From: the human T2T-CHM13v2.0 reference genome, Homo sapiens
DNA length: 64,000 nucleotides
Assembly: GCF_009914755.1 (NCBI RefSeq)
Contig: NC_060927.1
Strand: one strand, 5' to 3'
Shown: positions 29,831 through 45,417 of the stretch, in pieces
Layout: each line of letters begins with the position of its first letter
Position numbering within the stretch: the first letter of the stretch is position 1
Made by a program: the position numbers and the translations under genes
Notes under the pieces: model-generated
The model's input: the letters and a program-made list of their open reading frames with translations, nothing else
Databases searched by the model: none
What the model was told of the DNA's origin: nothing

Positions 29831-31436
29831 CCTAAGAATTAAAGCAATCATTAGTATTCTCATTAAACTATTTTAACATGAAGGTAACTGGGGCTCAGAA
29901 AGGTTAAGCAACTGTTACTTAGCCCAATTGCTAGAATATGGTAAGTTTTCAATATGGGGTGAATAAACGAGGAATAAATGACACACATCTAATTAGTGAC
30001 ATTGTCTCCAACATGAACACAGTCTTCTCTTTCTCTCTCCAGAGCTAATTCCACAGTTCCACGCTGACTTCAATACATACTGCTATGCTAGTTTTTCATG
30101 GTCTTGAACTCTCTTCTTGATAGCTCATTCACTCATACATTTATATCTATGTTGGTGTGTAATTATACATGTGTATGCACACATACACACACTGTATGCT
30201 AGCTGCAGCTTATCTTGGGAACAAATCTTAAATATGGCTTGCAGAAATTATTAAGTCTCATTTCATTATTTGATTTCCCCTACACAAATTTCATCTGTCA
30301 TAAGTTCTGGCTGATTTATGACTCAGGAATGCAATACTTATAAACCTCACCATCCAAAACAGCATTCAAATTCCATCAAAAATTACTTTTCTCACTTTAA
30401 AAAAAAGTATTATAATTTAAAGTTCTGTCTCCCAGCTGGAATCCAGAAGAATAAATATGAGTATGAAAGTTAAAGGAAGGCTCTGATAAAATAATTAGAG
30501 TAATTTATATAATATTTATTTTTCTATTTTTCCTTCTACATACAAGGCAATGCATGAATAGAAACAGAGACGTGTCTGAAGAACACAAATTGAAAATGAT
30601 GAATTGAGTAGGTGAAGAAATCAAACTATTTCTGACCTACCTAATAAAAAGGCAATTGGGAGAGGTAACCTCTGGTAATATAAAGAACACTGGAATTAGA
30701 GTCAAAAGCTGGGGAGGCAAAAAAGAAACTAAAATTCATTGAACACTTACAATGTTTCAGGTACAGGGCTAGTGCCTTTATATACTTTATTGTTAAAAGT
30801 GTCAAACCTTCGATAAGGTTGACATTCACCTGTCTGTTGCTCCCTTACCTAGAATATGAATATCTCTATACATTGTACAATATAAATAACAGTAATATGA
30901 ACAAAAAAAGGGGCAATTGCTAGCATGGCTGTGCACTGTATTTGAGAAAGAATATAGAGAAATAACCATGGTATTCCTGTCTCACTGCACTGCAAATCCT
31001 GGGATCGTAATCAGATCCCGTTACTATCAGTGAATCACAATGTTCCCTGGCATGCCTGCATCTGGGAACACCCTACTGAGGAGCTGGTTAATATTCTATT
31101 ATATCTCACAGGAAGAATTCAAATGACACCTCCTGGTTGGCCCTTTTATGATTTCACAGAATAGATGTGACAAGGGGCTATTCGGAAGCTCAAAATTTTA
31201 AGGTTTAGATAAACCAAAAGTATATCTAGCCATCTAGTTATAGAATAGACATCCAAACCTGTCTTCTATTTTTTAAGTTGGGAGAAAGAAAATAGCGTAT
31301 TAATAAAATAACTCAAAAAGCCAGGTATGCTTCAATAATTTTTAGTAAATGTCTAAAAATGATTTCTTTTTATTACTAATTTCATTCTTTCAATAAAGTA
31401 GTATAGTTATTTTCAGTAAAACAATAACAAAACAGT

Positions 31437-31769
31437 TTGGATGCGGTGGCTAAGGCCTGTAATCCCAGCACTTTAGGAGGCTGAGGCCAGAAGATGCTTG
31501 AGCCCAGGAGTTGAAGATCAGCCTGGGCAATATGGCAAAACCCCATCTCTACAAAAAAAATACAAAAAAAAAATACACACACACACAATATATATATATA
31601 TATAAATTATCTGGTTGTGGTGGTGTGTGCCTGTGGTCCCAGCTACTCAGAAGACTGATGTGGGAGCATCACCTGAGCCAAGGAGGTTGACGCTGCGGTG
31701 AGGTGTGATCATGCCACTGCACTCCAGCCTGGGTGACACAGTGAGACACTGTCTCCAAAAAATAAAAAG
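31437..31769 (+). mobile_element. AluJ with (CA)n(TA)n in the middle A-rich linker
   Basis: Both arms present; linker reads aaaatacacacacacacaatatatatatatatataaa. Confidence 0.9.
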
Positions 31770-31847
31770 TAACAAGATAGAAATGTCATGACTTTGAAGT
31801 TTGATTATAGCCACTCTTAGTTATTTTATATAATTGAACATACATAA

Positions 31848-32146
31848 GGCCGGAGGGGTGTCTCACACCTGAATCCCAACACTCTGGGAGGTCAAGGTAG
31901 GAGGATTGCTAGAGACCAAGAGTTCAAGACCAGTATAGGCAACATAAAGACACCCCCATCTGTACAGAAAATTAAACCAAATAGCCAGGCATGGTGGCAT
32001 GTGCCTGTAGTCCCAGATACTTGGGAGGTTGAGGCAGGAGGATCACTTGAGCCCTGGAGGTCAAGGCTGAAGTGAGCTGCGATCGGACTGTTGTTGCACA
32101 CCAGCCTGGGCGACAAAGCAAGACCCTATCTAAAAAAATAACAATA
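31848..32146 (+). mobile_element. Full-length AluJ with TSD atacataa
   Basis: Diverged Alu with ggaggatcacttgagccctggaggtcaaggctg. Confidence 0.9.
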
Positions 32147-32909
32147 ATACATAAAACATAAGTGTCTATAAAAATAAGCAAAGACAAAGACAATCCAAAT
32201 CGTTATAATACAATGTAATATCAGCTACAGTAAATGAGTCATTATATTGAAGGTATCATAATTTATATTGCATTTTATTTAAAATTTCTGAAGTTATAGA
32301 GGTTGACATATGTTAGGTGCTTTTTATTTATTTTTTGTCTACAGAAATATAATTATTTGCTAGATATTTTCTCAGATGTTGTAGAGATCACAATTAGAAA
32401 TCATATATGTATCATGCCCTAAAAGAATTCAGACTATTAAGAAAGATATATAACTTATAATCACATAAATTCAATACAGTAATACATGGAATAAAAGTTG
32501 AAGATAGAATATAGAAGGTAAAATTAAAATTTAAAAATTAATGTCATTTTCTTAAAATTAAAGTCATCATAAATTATATTTTAAAAACATTTCACATTTT
32601 TGAAAGCAACTTGCTATATGATGCCAGACTGTGGAATTCTATAAATAAGTATTCAAGTTTGAAAAATATATTTTAAAACATATTCAATTTTAAAAAAAAA
32701 TGAAACATATGGAAAAGAAGAATAACAAAATAAGCAAAAACTTTCACTATGTCTTATGAAATATAAAGTGGTGCCAAAATTTTGTCACTTATTTCCTGAT
32801 ACTGATGCCTGTGATACCAAATTACTGAAAAAAAGAAGCCAAAAAATAAAAAGGAAACTAAGGTAACCAAGAAAAAATAAAAGGATACTCTTACAACGAA
32901 ACATAATTA

Positions 32910-33240
<331 letters not shown>

Positions 33241-34169
33241 AATACATATTCCGCAATCTTCCCCTGAGGTCTGGGACAATCTAGATCAAACACTTCCTCA
33301 AGGGGAAAGTTGGGAACAGCATACGTGCATTTTAACGCTATCCTTTCAGCATGAGCATTTCCATTTGTCTATTCCAGATTTTAAAACAGAAACTAAACAT
33401 TCCTAATCTTTAATGTTTGATCTAGCAAAATAAAAAGAAGCAAAAAGCAAACAAAAATTTAGATCAACTCAACTTTATTTTGATTCTACTTAAAATTATT
33501 TTAAAATCTTTATTTGATACAAAACGCTAATAAAAAGGCATTCTCTTATGAGTTATTAAGTATTAGACCCACTTTTCAAAATGTATAATTTCTACAAGAG
33601 TTGATTAATCAGAAGTGTCCAATATAAACTACAGTTAGACTAGATGATGGCACAAAAAGTCAATTCGAGGAACAAATGGTGAAATAAATATTATATGTCT
33701 GACTAAGACCATCATCCATAATATCTGGACAACAAAAAGAACTTCCTTTACTTAACTATCATGCTCTAAGTTTCTCTTTTCAATTTTAAAATGTTTAATC
33801 TAAACCAAGAATGGCACTATGGTAACCCAGGTATATAAAGAAAAAGCTGTCCTGTAGGCTGACTCATAGTCGCTGACTTAGTTCACTTAGTTTATGAAAA
33901 ACATTCAAATGTCCATGGGTTTTCCTTCCTTAGAACATACAAAATGGCTGCTTAGATTCTAGCACACTATGTGAAAAATATCAAAATGGAGGGATGTGGG
34001 AAAGCCCTTTTGTGTCATATATTTCTGAGTTTCAGTAACTGCTGAGACATGCAGCCATACAGTTTCCCATCTCTATTCATTTATTTGTTGATGTGTTTAC
34101 CGCCTACACTTACTGCCTATTGAAATTCTTCTCATCTTCTCCGGCCTGGCTCAAATGCCATACTCAGAG

Positions 34170-35010
34170 TGTGGGGGCTGTGGATACAGCTAAGAGAGAG
34201 GATGGAGAGATTGGAAGAGATAAGATCTCACCAAAGTACAGTCATTTTAAAGCCATTTAAAGGTGCTCTTGTAAGGAACTGGGAACCTTTGCAAAGGTTT
34301 CTATAGGAAAGTAATGTGACATTAAATATGTTTTGAAAAATTATGTGTGAAGAATAATCAGGGATTCAAGAAAAGGGAGGTTGAAACACCAGGTAGGAGA
34401 TTCTACAACATTTCAGGTTGGAACAACAAGCCCCTTAATTATGGCAGAAGGGATGAAGAAAAGGTTATATGAAACAGAAGCTGATAGCTATGTGATGACC
34501 ATGACCATGCTAATTCATCTTACTGTCCCTTATAGTTCCCAGAAAGTCCTCAGTTAGTACCTGATGAATAAACAATAGAGTAAAACGTTACAGAGATACA
34601 GTCAACGAGGCGTGTGACTGATATGAAGAGATGAGTCAAAGATAAGTGGGGTCCCCAACGTGGCAAACAAGATGGTCAGTATCAGAAAACTACCAATATT
34701 TGCTAAGTGTCTACTAGGTATCATTAGTAGTGCTGTTGACTAAAGGGGAAACTCAAGACACAAAGCAGATTGGGTTCTGGAGGAAGATAATACATTCAAA
34801 TTAAGGCAAATTGCATTTGCGTTCCCAGTGGAACAACTACCAGGAGGTATCTAGCACGTAGTTGAAAATTTGGATGAGGAGCTCAGATGTTAATCTGTGG
34901 CTCAAAAATATAGAGGAGACAAGTGAAGTCAATAAAAATGAGTTTATCCAAGGAGAAACCATAGCCGAGCAAAGAGAAAAGCATGAGCCGAAGGAGGACA
35001 AAAAGATGCA
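34170..35010 (-). mobile_element. L2 fragments
   Basis: Antisense-L2 motifs (gaggagctcag, aagtgaagtc...gagtttatccaaggag). Confidence 0.45.
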
Positions 35011-35834
35011 CCGCTTGGGGATTAGCAAAATGTATATCTCTTCATTATGATAGTTTTCAGACTGTAACAGTGAAATTGTGGACAACAATATGCTCAGAAC
35101 TCTTAAAATTAAACACAGGAATGCCTTTGAGCATATAGTTTACATGCTGTGAAATCTACCTGCAAAAGTGCCTGAATCAGTTCAGATGACGTCTAGACCA
35201 ACTGGTGATTTAATTTAGAATGCAAGCAAAAATCTCTTATGAAAATCCTAAGAGTTTGGTTAACGTTAAAAAATAATAAAATCCCTACTGTGAAATTATG
35301 AAGTTCTTTTCTCAAAGCACATTATAAACAGCAGTTGCAAGGATTATTAACCAAATATTACTGTGCAGAGGGATAAAGTGATCTCGTAAAGGCCTCACAG
35401 AAATTCTAATCTGGACTGAAGGTATTTTACTCTGGGTTTATCAGACCAAATCTGGATTATTATATTTGATTCCAAGCAACACCCTCTACAATGATATTGA
35501 TAAACTGGAGGTGAACAAATCTCCTATATGAAATACAGTTTCATAATAGGTGCTGTAAATCCTTCATCTCAAATAAATTCTTTCCATATTTAGGATAGGT
35601 AAGTTTGGTGTCCTGATTTTCAGATAAGAAAAGTGAGGATTAGAAAAATTCAATACCTGACCATGTTTCTCTGACATGTCAGTTTTTCAATATTACTTCT
35701 ATAGATGAGCTTAAAGCCACCTTGTATCAGGAAGAACTAAGAAACTAAGTGAGACTTAGATTGGAGACGGTAAGACACAGATTGAGGAGTGGGAGAGAGG
35801 CTGTATTGCATAAGCAAAGATTTATGTTTACTAA

Positions 35835-35956
35835 AGCCTTGCTACTCAATGTGTGGTCACCAGGCCAGCAGCAATGGTATCACCTGGGAGAGAATTCCAA
35901 AGCCACTCCCGACTTGCTGAATCAGAATCTGCATTTCACAAGTTTGAGAAGTGCTG
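35835..35956. mobile_element. MER5A-like MITE inside an L3 remnant
   Basis: gctactcaatgtgtggtc...atcacctgggag...ctgaatcagaatctgcattt...tttgagaagtgctg. Confidence 0.65.
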
Positions 35957-36154
35957 ATCTGAGGAACTATTATAGAGAGAAGGGATTACAGATTTTTTCC
36001 TATGTTTCTATTTTTGTTTCTCAGAAGACTTGAATTAAGAAGCTTCCAAAAGACAGATTTTGAATTAATATTGGGGAAACATCATTTTATAATCAGAGTT
36101 GACAACATATGTCATCCACTGAAGATCATAAGATTCAAGTAGAAAGCTGAACTA

Positions 36155-36605
<451 letters not shown>

Positions 36606-39419
36606 TTAAGATAAAGGCCTTTGTTTTTTTCTCTATTGACCCATACTTCAGTTCTAGACAGATTATAAGTAGACAATGGATGTCTGTCAAATAATTGAAG
36701 ATGTAAATGAATGTACAGTGGTGTTGGAGTCAGTGGGTTCAAATATGAAGGTAAATGACCTTTAAAGTTTTCTACAATATGAAGACTCTGTGATTACAAT
36801 GTTAATGGGGTATAGGTTTGCTTTTTAATTCTACCTATATGCGGGATAGAGCAGAATCAAAAACTTTCACCCAACAAACTCAAATTTCCCAAAGGTTCAT
36901 AGTGTATGTGAAGATGGCTCTATTTATGAGTATTCATAGAACATTGCTGAGGTCTTTCACTCTCCCTCTCCACCAGGAGTAATAATTTGCATTCACCTTG
37001 TTTTGTTAGGCCTATGTCATTGGTAAGGTGACTCATCCAACAAATATATTTTATGTGACATCTACGTGTCAAGCAATATGCTAGGCTTTGTTCTTTACCG
37101 TGTTCTACGTAAGGGACTAACCTCAAGAAATGACTTTATTAGCACCCTGTTCTAATCAAACAGTAAACTAGCCAGTGATTCAGTAGAATCCTACATTGAC
37201 TCTCAACTCACTTGTAAATAGGGAGAAATAATCCTATAGGAGCCCTCCAAATTGTTTTTGTAAAAGTTTCCTCATGTTTGACACACACCATGAGGTGGCC
37301 TCTAACTGACTGTTATGACATTTTCCTCAAAAAGAAAAAGCCCTTCTCATGGTTAAAACTGATTTTGTATTATACTTCAAATTCAGGGAGTAGGCCAAGC
37401 TTATTTTTGGTGAAGTAACATGACCAATGGCACAAAAGATAAAACTGAATTTTCCTGTGTATACTGTAATCATACTGCACAGATAAAGAAAATGGGAAAA
37501 AAAAGAAAAAGGTCAAATACCAATCACACCTATGGAAATAGATAATGTGGATAATATACATGAATAAAATTCACAGAAACTCTTAAGATATCATTTTAGG
37601 ATATATTTTAATCATATCCTTCCTTACCAAGTCTTCTACTATTATCACTAATGAGCATAAATTAATTTCACAAACTGTCCATAATATTAAACGTGATGAT
37701 TCTAAGAGAATGTCAAGGCTGATATTTAGTAAACATTGTTTTAAAAAAAAATTTCATAATTGATGAAGTCCTGGTGGAAAACATATCTAAAAGGTATATC
37801 CCAAGTCTGGGAAATCTAAAAACTTGATAATTAAGGCATGACTTGCCTCTCCACATCCATTCCAATCAGTTCCTATGGCATCCTATACTTTACTACATTT
37901 CTATTGCTTAAAACTGTCCTGCAGTATGACATTACACATTAACCTACCCAGAAATAAGTCTCCAGCTTTCACTCAAAATCATGTGGTTCCTTTCCTGTCT
38001 GTTTTTTAAAAATTGTTTTATTATCTTCGAGACTACACTAGTAAATAAACGTATTTTCTATTAAAACAAATACTAGTTCCACTATATTATTAAGTTCTTC
38101 CGGGGCTGAGGTCCAAACTTATGTAATGGTCTACCTTGAAGGCCTGTCAAAATGCTAGAAACAAGGAAAATTTAGAAATACAGTCAATTTGTGTCCAGTT
38201 GAATGAATCTAAGAACAAATAAAGAATATACAACAGAGAAGCTAATAAAAATATATTTGTTAAATTTGTGATATTCCATTTAATATACATGTCAAACCTT
38301 CTAGAACTTCATATCAAACATATCATTAAGCCATTTTCTTATATCTGACATACAGATATCTTGGAATACATACACCTGTCCTCCATGAGTATTAGCACCA
38401 TAAATATACATCAAGAATAATAAAGCTGAAAGGAATTTCGGAAATCATTGATAGTAACCCTTTCATGCTGAAAATAAGGAAACTAAGCTGAAGAGAAGAA
38501 AAATGACTTCCCCAAGGTCACCAGGACTCTGACTCCTAGTCCAGTATTTTTTCTATCACATCATTTTACCTTAGACTGAATCAAAAACCTCTTTTATTTA
38601 TATCTTCCTTTTAAAAAGGTTGGGTTTCAAACCAAGCAAAAGAATAAATACAGAGAACTGTAGCATACACAGAAGACTTATTTAATGCTGCTATCAATAA
38701 CTTTAAAAGTAAGAGAAAAGAAGAAAAACAAATGAGGTAATCAAGAGTTGACAGAAAGAACCTTTTCCATTAAACCCAATCGATACTGTATTTCCCCATC
38801 ACTTAGCGCTTCACCAGAGAAAGTGAACCCAGAGTGAATATGTTCCCTCAAGGGTATTTAACACTAAGATGACTTGTTGGTCTCAGCTGTAAATATAAGG
38901 ACCAGACATGACTAAATCTGAAATCAATGGCAAAGGTTATTCCTCATTAACCTAACGTTAAGAAACCTAAACCAGTCAAAATAGAAATGGGCCCTTTTCC
39001 ATAATGGCTGCACCACCCACTCCCTCTAGGTTTCTGGGGCAAAGACATAAATGAATATAAAGATGCTCCTTCTTTCAGCATTCCCATAGAAACTGCCCCC
39101 TGCATCAGTGGGTGCTCTGATAAGAAAGAGGTAAAGTTTGAAGGTGTTAGGCAAAGTAAATACTAAGTATAAGAAGGGATGGCCATTAGGAGTTGGGTTG
39201 GGGAATAAGTAAAGACATGAAGTTCTAAGTATTTATCAAACAACTACATATCAAATTAAACTGGAGTAACAATATTTTTGGAATTTAATATCAAATGAAG
39301 AGATATTTGTATTAGCCAAAAATACTGATTTATTTTCTTTCCCAACATTTTCATATATATGCAGAAATTCCCTCAGAGCCTGACTATACTGATGCCATAA
39401 GCACATTAGTCACCAATGG

Positions 39420-39900
39420 AATTAATTTCGTTTTGATGAATTATTTCTGATCACCTAGTATGTAGAAAGCATTGAAATGACAGGGCGCTTGCCCTCCAGG
39501 AACTCACTCTCCAGCGGCAGAGACAAACAGGTACTTATAGAGTAATTATAAGACAAGACAGACTAACCGCAGACAACAGTGCAGGGTATAAAGCCTGGGG
39601 CAGGCAGTGATTCATTCTACCTGGAAGGATCTGAGAAGATCTGGCAGAAGAGATGGGAGTTGAGCTGGGCTTTGAATAATGGGCAGGACTGCAGCAGAGT
39701 GGATAAATGAAGGGTTGTCTCTGGGTAAGTGAAGGATAGGTGTGGAGGTTAATGGCATCCCTCGTGGAGAAATAAAAACATCTATAAACTAAAAGAACTG
39801 AAATGGATAGATGCAGTAAATGTTCTATGAATGTCAAGAAGGTTTGGGTCGGCTAGAGTAGTATGTGGGGAAGGGTGGAGAAAGAACCTTGATTGTGGAG
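39420..39900 (-). mobile_element. L2 fragment
   Basis: gccctccaggaactcactctccag...gagttgagctgggctttgaataatgggcagga. Confidence 0.55.
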
Positions 39901-42250
39901 CCTATTCATATTGATGATACAATAATAAACTGTCTGCTCTTAACCACGTATTGAGCCCACACGTGTATTTTTAAAAGACAGATTGTGGCTAAGTTTTTTA
40001 AATTAAGAAATTACTGTTTTTCTTGAAATATAGACATTAAAGGAGAAACAGTCCAAAATAATACAGCAAAACTATAACTTGGAACACAGTAACACAAATC
40101 CAGCAAGAGTTAATAAATCTTAATTATATACTGCCTTACACAAAAGAAGGCAAGGATTTTCTCAGTATTTCTATATTCCATTCCCAAGCACATGATATAC
40201 AAATACTCAATGGGTGTCTAGCAATATAACTTGACTGTAGATATTTAAACGCATCTACCCAACATTTATATTGCTCCAGACACAGAACAGGCAGATAGCT
40301 CTTGCTACCAGCATTGGGCAATGGGCCCTAAAAGGAGGCAGCTGTGGTGTAGCAGTAAGGCATAGGCTTATCGCAAATTTCAGTCCTTGCTCTGCCTTTC
40401 ATAGTTGTATGACCTAACACCCACTATGAGTCTTATTTCTTTCTTCCATGAGGTGGGCAGGTGTATTGTAATGAGCTCTGTTTTCCAATTCAAACCCACC
40501 AACACTTTTCATATATACCTTACCAGGTGGACATCTCAAGGCTAATGTCACAGTTAGTCAACCCCAAGTGCAAGATATATAATGGCCTGGGACGAAAGTC
40601 TTAATCAAGGTGCCAGTTCAACCAGACTTTGAATTCAAATAATGAACCCAGCTGCATAAAGCTTGCTGCTCTTCAGCCCTAACAGGTGTCTGCATAATCA
40701 CAAAGAAAACCAGCTTCAGACTGAATGTAATTGCTGAGCATGAAAAAGACAACAGGCAGGCCAGCAGTTTCAGTGAAAATAACAAGAGTCAGGACCAAGG
40801 AACCTCCATCTTCACCAGATCAAAACTTACCCTGAAGGGGCAGGCTCCCAACCAAGATGGTAGTTCCATTAGCAAAATTATAATGAATGGAACTCTAAAT
40901 CATAAAGCCATGTGGTAACCCAGAAAATGCACTCGGGAACATTTCAAAGAAGGGAGTTTTGTGGCAATACCAGGAAAAGCATAATTTCAAAGCAAGTTTC
41001 CTTCTTGGTCCTGCTTTTCTCATGACCTGTAGGTGGAGAGGGAGGAGTAGATAGAATGCCTGGGAAACCAGAGCTGCAGAATGTGGAGGCGGCCTGGCCA
41101 CAATGCTGCCAACTCCTTTCCTGAGCAAAGCTGCAGAGGATAATGGCCCAGGGATTGTCAGGGAAAGACAGGTGAGGCAAGGAGGCAATGAGGAATCCTC
41201 TCTACTTTCCCGAAAAGAAAATAGATCTCCAGTTTCTCAGAGAAATATCCTATAAGAAGACTACAGAGGATGTCTGGGTTTCTATCATTGTGACTTCCTT
41301 TCCTAGAATTCTGAGCTTCTGAACTATCACCTCATATGCCATCTCTTCTTCTCCTAGCTAGAGTCGAGTTGCAAAAACCCACTGCAATATCCTTTGAAGC
41401 AACAAAGCATGACAGCAACACATACATGACTCGCTCCTCAGTGAGAAACTTGGGTTTCCATAGAATTTGAGATCCTCTATATGTTCCATCATTTTCTATT
41501 AATTACTCAGATATGAATGAACCTTTTCTGTTGCGGCCTCTGTGGGTGACTCTGGGTGACTTTCCTTTCTCAAATGTAATATTGTATGTAGAAGGTATAT
41601 TGTGTAGACAGCTAGAGCTATTTGGCTGAAAACAGAACCTGACACCTATTCTAACCAGAAAATTTGAATATAGATCCCTACTTTGGGCACTTATTTAAAT
41701 TCTGCCCCTGTTTCTTAATGATTTTTAATGCATTATCTGATTCTAGGACACTGTGAAGGTGATCTGGGTCATCTTTTGAGTTCCCAAATTAATATACAAC
41801 ATTTAAATCACCAGTGCAATTTAAAAAAAAACTCTTTATGAACTTTTTAGTCTATTTTATCTTTATAATAACTTATACAACTTATCCGGGTTTATAGTTC
41901 TTCTTTCATGAATTTCACTCTTCCCTTCAAACCCCCTTTAAAAAAAAATCTAAAACACTGCACACAGCACACTGATTTAATTTCTAATCCTTGAAGAGAC
42001 AAAATAAGCCTAAATTGGTGTCAAGAGAAAGACTGACATTTTAGACAGATTTCTTTATTAGTGCCTTGCAAGTAATTAAACCATGGGATGCAGTTAGGAA
42101 CATCCAAAACAGCACACTAAGAAAATAGTTTTGTCCTTCAAGTAAGAAGCAGGGAAAAGATCTGTGTTTCATGTTCCCAGTCACAAATGTTTTTCCTGGG
42201 GTGAGGGGAGCTACAGTTAATAGCTTTTCAGGCTAAAGAGGCCCTTATAT

Positions 42251-42544
42251 TTTCTTTTTTCTTTTTTTTTTTTTTTCTGAGACAGAGTCTTGCTTTGTCA
42301 CCCAGACTGGAGTGCAGTGGTGTGATCTTGGCACACTGCAACCTACACCTCCCAGGTAGGTGATTTTCCTGCCCCAGCCTCCCAAGTAGCTGGGATTACA
42401 GGCATGCACCACCACGCCCGACTAATTTTGTATTTTAGTAAAGACAGGGTTTCACCATGTTGACCAGACTGGTCTCGAACTCCTAACCTCAAGTGATCTG
42501 CCCGCCTCAGCTTCCCAAAGTGCTGGAATTACAGGTGTGAGCCA
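42251..42544 (-). mobile_element. AluS (Sx/Sz-like), lacking its first ~10 nt
   Basis: Poly-T, then gagacagagtcttgct...ctcaagtgatctgcccgcctcagcttcccaaagtgctgg. Confidence 0.92.
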
Positions 42545-43014
42545 GCTCTTATATATTCTTATATATAGCTCCCTTGTTTTTCAAAGACAGAAACTGAGGT
42601 CCATTTCCAGGACTGGCAGAGTAGAAAGAAAAGTAGATTAGGAAAAACAAACCTGAGTCTAAATCCAGAATCTAACCAGTCCTGTGAAACTGAGAAGCCC
42701 CAGGCTTTGCAGGACCTCAGCATCCTTAGGTGGGAAGGAGAGATGCTACCTTCAGAATCCTTCTTCCTCTGAGGCTTGCTCAGTGAGTCAGGATGTCATT
42801 TCCTCATTGATTTAACAGCAACTGAAGAACTGCAGTGACACAGGCAGTATACTAAGTTCTGAGAAATCTAGTGCTGACCAGGTCCTGTGCTTAGGAACTG
42901 AAGTTTTCATCAAGAAGACGAGGCATGCAAGCATTCCATATGATGATGCAGCTCAGTTTTGGGATATCATTAAACACAGGAAAGATTCAAATATAAGCAA
43001 AAAAAAAAAAAGTG

Positions 43015-43376
43015 GTGCCTTGGACAGAACGTTTATGTGTCCCTCCCCCTGCCCAATGTTGAAATCCTAACCTCCAAGATGATGTTAGGAAGTGGAAGAC
43101 TTTGAGAAGTGATTAGGTCATGAAGCCTCTCTCCTCATGAATGGGATTAGTGGTCTTACAAAAGAGACCCCAGGGAGCTCCCTTGCCCCTTCTGCCATTT
43201 GAAAAAGCAGCAAAGACTGCCATCTATGACTTAGGAAGCAGGCCCTCACAGACACCGAATCTTCCGGCACCTTGATCTTGGGAATGCCAGCCTCTCGAAC
43301 TGTGAAAAATACATTTCTGTTGTTTAAGCCACCTGTGCATGGTATTTTATCATAACAACCAGAATGGGCTGAGACA
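43015..43376 (+). mobile_element. MLT1A-type MaLR solo LTR
   Basis: gttgaaatcctaacctcca...gattaggtcatga...atgggattagtg...cttgatcttggga...atttctgttgtttaagccacc...gagaca. Confidence 0.85.
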
Positions 43377-43782
43377 GAAGAGATCATCATTATAAATTAT
43401 ATTAGTGTATAAAATTTCTAGGCATAATGGATGTGTTCCTAAAGACATTAACAAAATCATTAATTTTGTTTAAGGGCCACAATTTATGAAATAAAGGAAT
43501 TGGAACAGGTTGGGGACTCTCAATATATGATGCATATTAGCATAGACTTTCTAGGTGTTTGGCATTAGTACGTTTAAAAACTCTCAGGTGATTTCATTTT
43601 GCAGCTAGGGCTGAGAACCAGTGGCTTATATAAGCTCTAAGTGCTAACATTTTGTGATTCAGCATACAGATCCTATTTGACCCATGTCATTCTTTACTTC
43701 TAGGGAACCAAGTTTGGTCTTAGGCCTTAGGGCCCTCTCTACTGACTCCTGAAAAGTAACGAAGAAAAGACTCTATAGAGTA

Positions 43783-43970
43783 CAGTCATCCCTCCCTATG
43801 TTCAGGGTGAGGAGTGGTGGTTACAAGACCGCCACCCTCAGGATACCCAACCGGAGGATCCTCAAGTCCTTTACATAAAATGGCATAGTATTTGCATAGC
43901 ATGGTTGTACTATGGTTTTCTTCTTGAATATTTCCATCCATGGTTGGTGAATCTTCAAATGCAAAACCAT
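43783..43970. mobile_element. MER2-like (TcMar-Tigger) fragment
   Basis: tacagtcatccctc...ggatacc...ggatcctcaagtcctttacataaaatggcatagtatttgcata. Confidence 0.7.
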
Positions 43971-44240
43971 CAGTCCAAGTTTCAATTATGAGGCATTAAC
44001 ATAAGTGTGGTTACAAGCATGGAGTCTGGGAGGCCTATAAATACTACAAACGAATCAAATAACTAACAATAGGCAGAAAAATAGAACTTTATAAAATTTG
44101 TGTTTGTAAAATCACTTGACGATTCGAAGGCCAATGAGTGTTTCTTGAGAGTTCAAGAATAAAGTAAACAGCCTTATATATATGGGTATTGTAAAACCAT
44201 TAAACAATAAATAAAACCCAATCTTCCACCTTCACATTCT

Positions 44241-44542
<302 letters not shown>

Positions 44543-44800
44543 CCACCTTCACATTCTATAGTGTTTTGTAGTTGGGTAATTACATTATTTGACCTCTATC
44601 AACCCTGCTCCTTCACCAGCATTCCTCCATCTCCACAAACATGCAATTCACTATGGAATAGTTCAGCCAGGGATTATCCAGGCACCTTCGACTCTCCACT
44701 CATAGTCTACCTCTTATGAAGTTCTGCTCATTCTACCTTTACCCACTCTTTTTATATCCATGGCCATCAACTTCATTTCAACATCATCTATAGCCTAGAC

Positions 44801-45417
44801 CAGTGGTTCTCAAACTTTTTGTTTTCAGGATCCTTTACACTCCTAGAAAGTATTGAGTACCCCGAAGAGCTTTGTGCTTATGTAGTTTATATCTCTCAAT
44901 ATTTACTGTATTTAGAAGTTACAATGAAATTTTTCAAATAATTATTTGTTTATTAAAACAATAATAAGCCCCACTGTGTTAACATAAATAGCATGATTTA
45001 ATAAAACTTATCTTTATTTTCCAAAACAAACAAAAAGGAATTAATGAAAAGACTGGTTTGTAAATCTTTTTAATGTCTAGCTTAATAGAAGTCAGCTTGT
45101 TCTCAAGTCTGCTTCTGCATTCAATCTCTTTTGATATCTTATTGTGGATGAAGTACATGAGGATAACCTGGCCTCACAAAGAAACGTGGTTGAAAAGGGA
45201 GGAAATTTTTAGTACCTTTTACAGATGATTGTGGATATATCACACAGTCTCTGGAAAATTCCACTGGACACTTGTGACAGAATGAGTGAAAATGGCAAAT
45301 AACTAGTGGTATTAGGAAATATTTTTTATGAAAATCGTTTTGACCTTCTGGATCCACTAAAAGATTTTCAGGAAGCTTCTAGGGCCTCTGTACTGTATGG
45401 TACTTTGAGAACTGCTG
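44801..45417. mobile_element. Charlie1-family hAT deletion derivative inserted in an L2
   Basis: TIRs cagtggttctcaaa / tttgagaactgctg; 8-bp TSD gcctagac / gtccagac (NTCTAGAN-like); L2 sequence on both sides. Confidence 0.8.
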
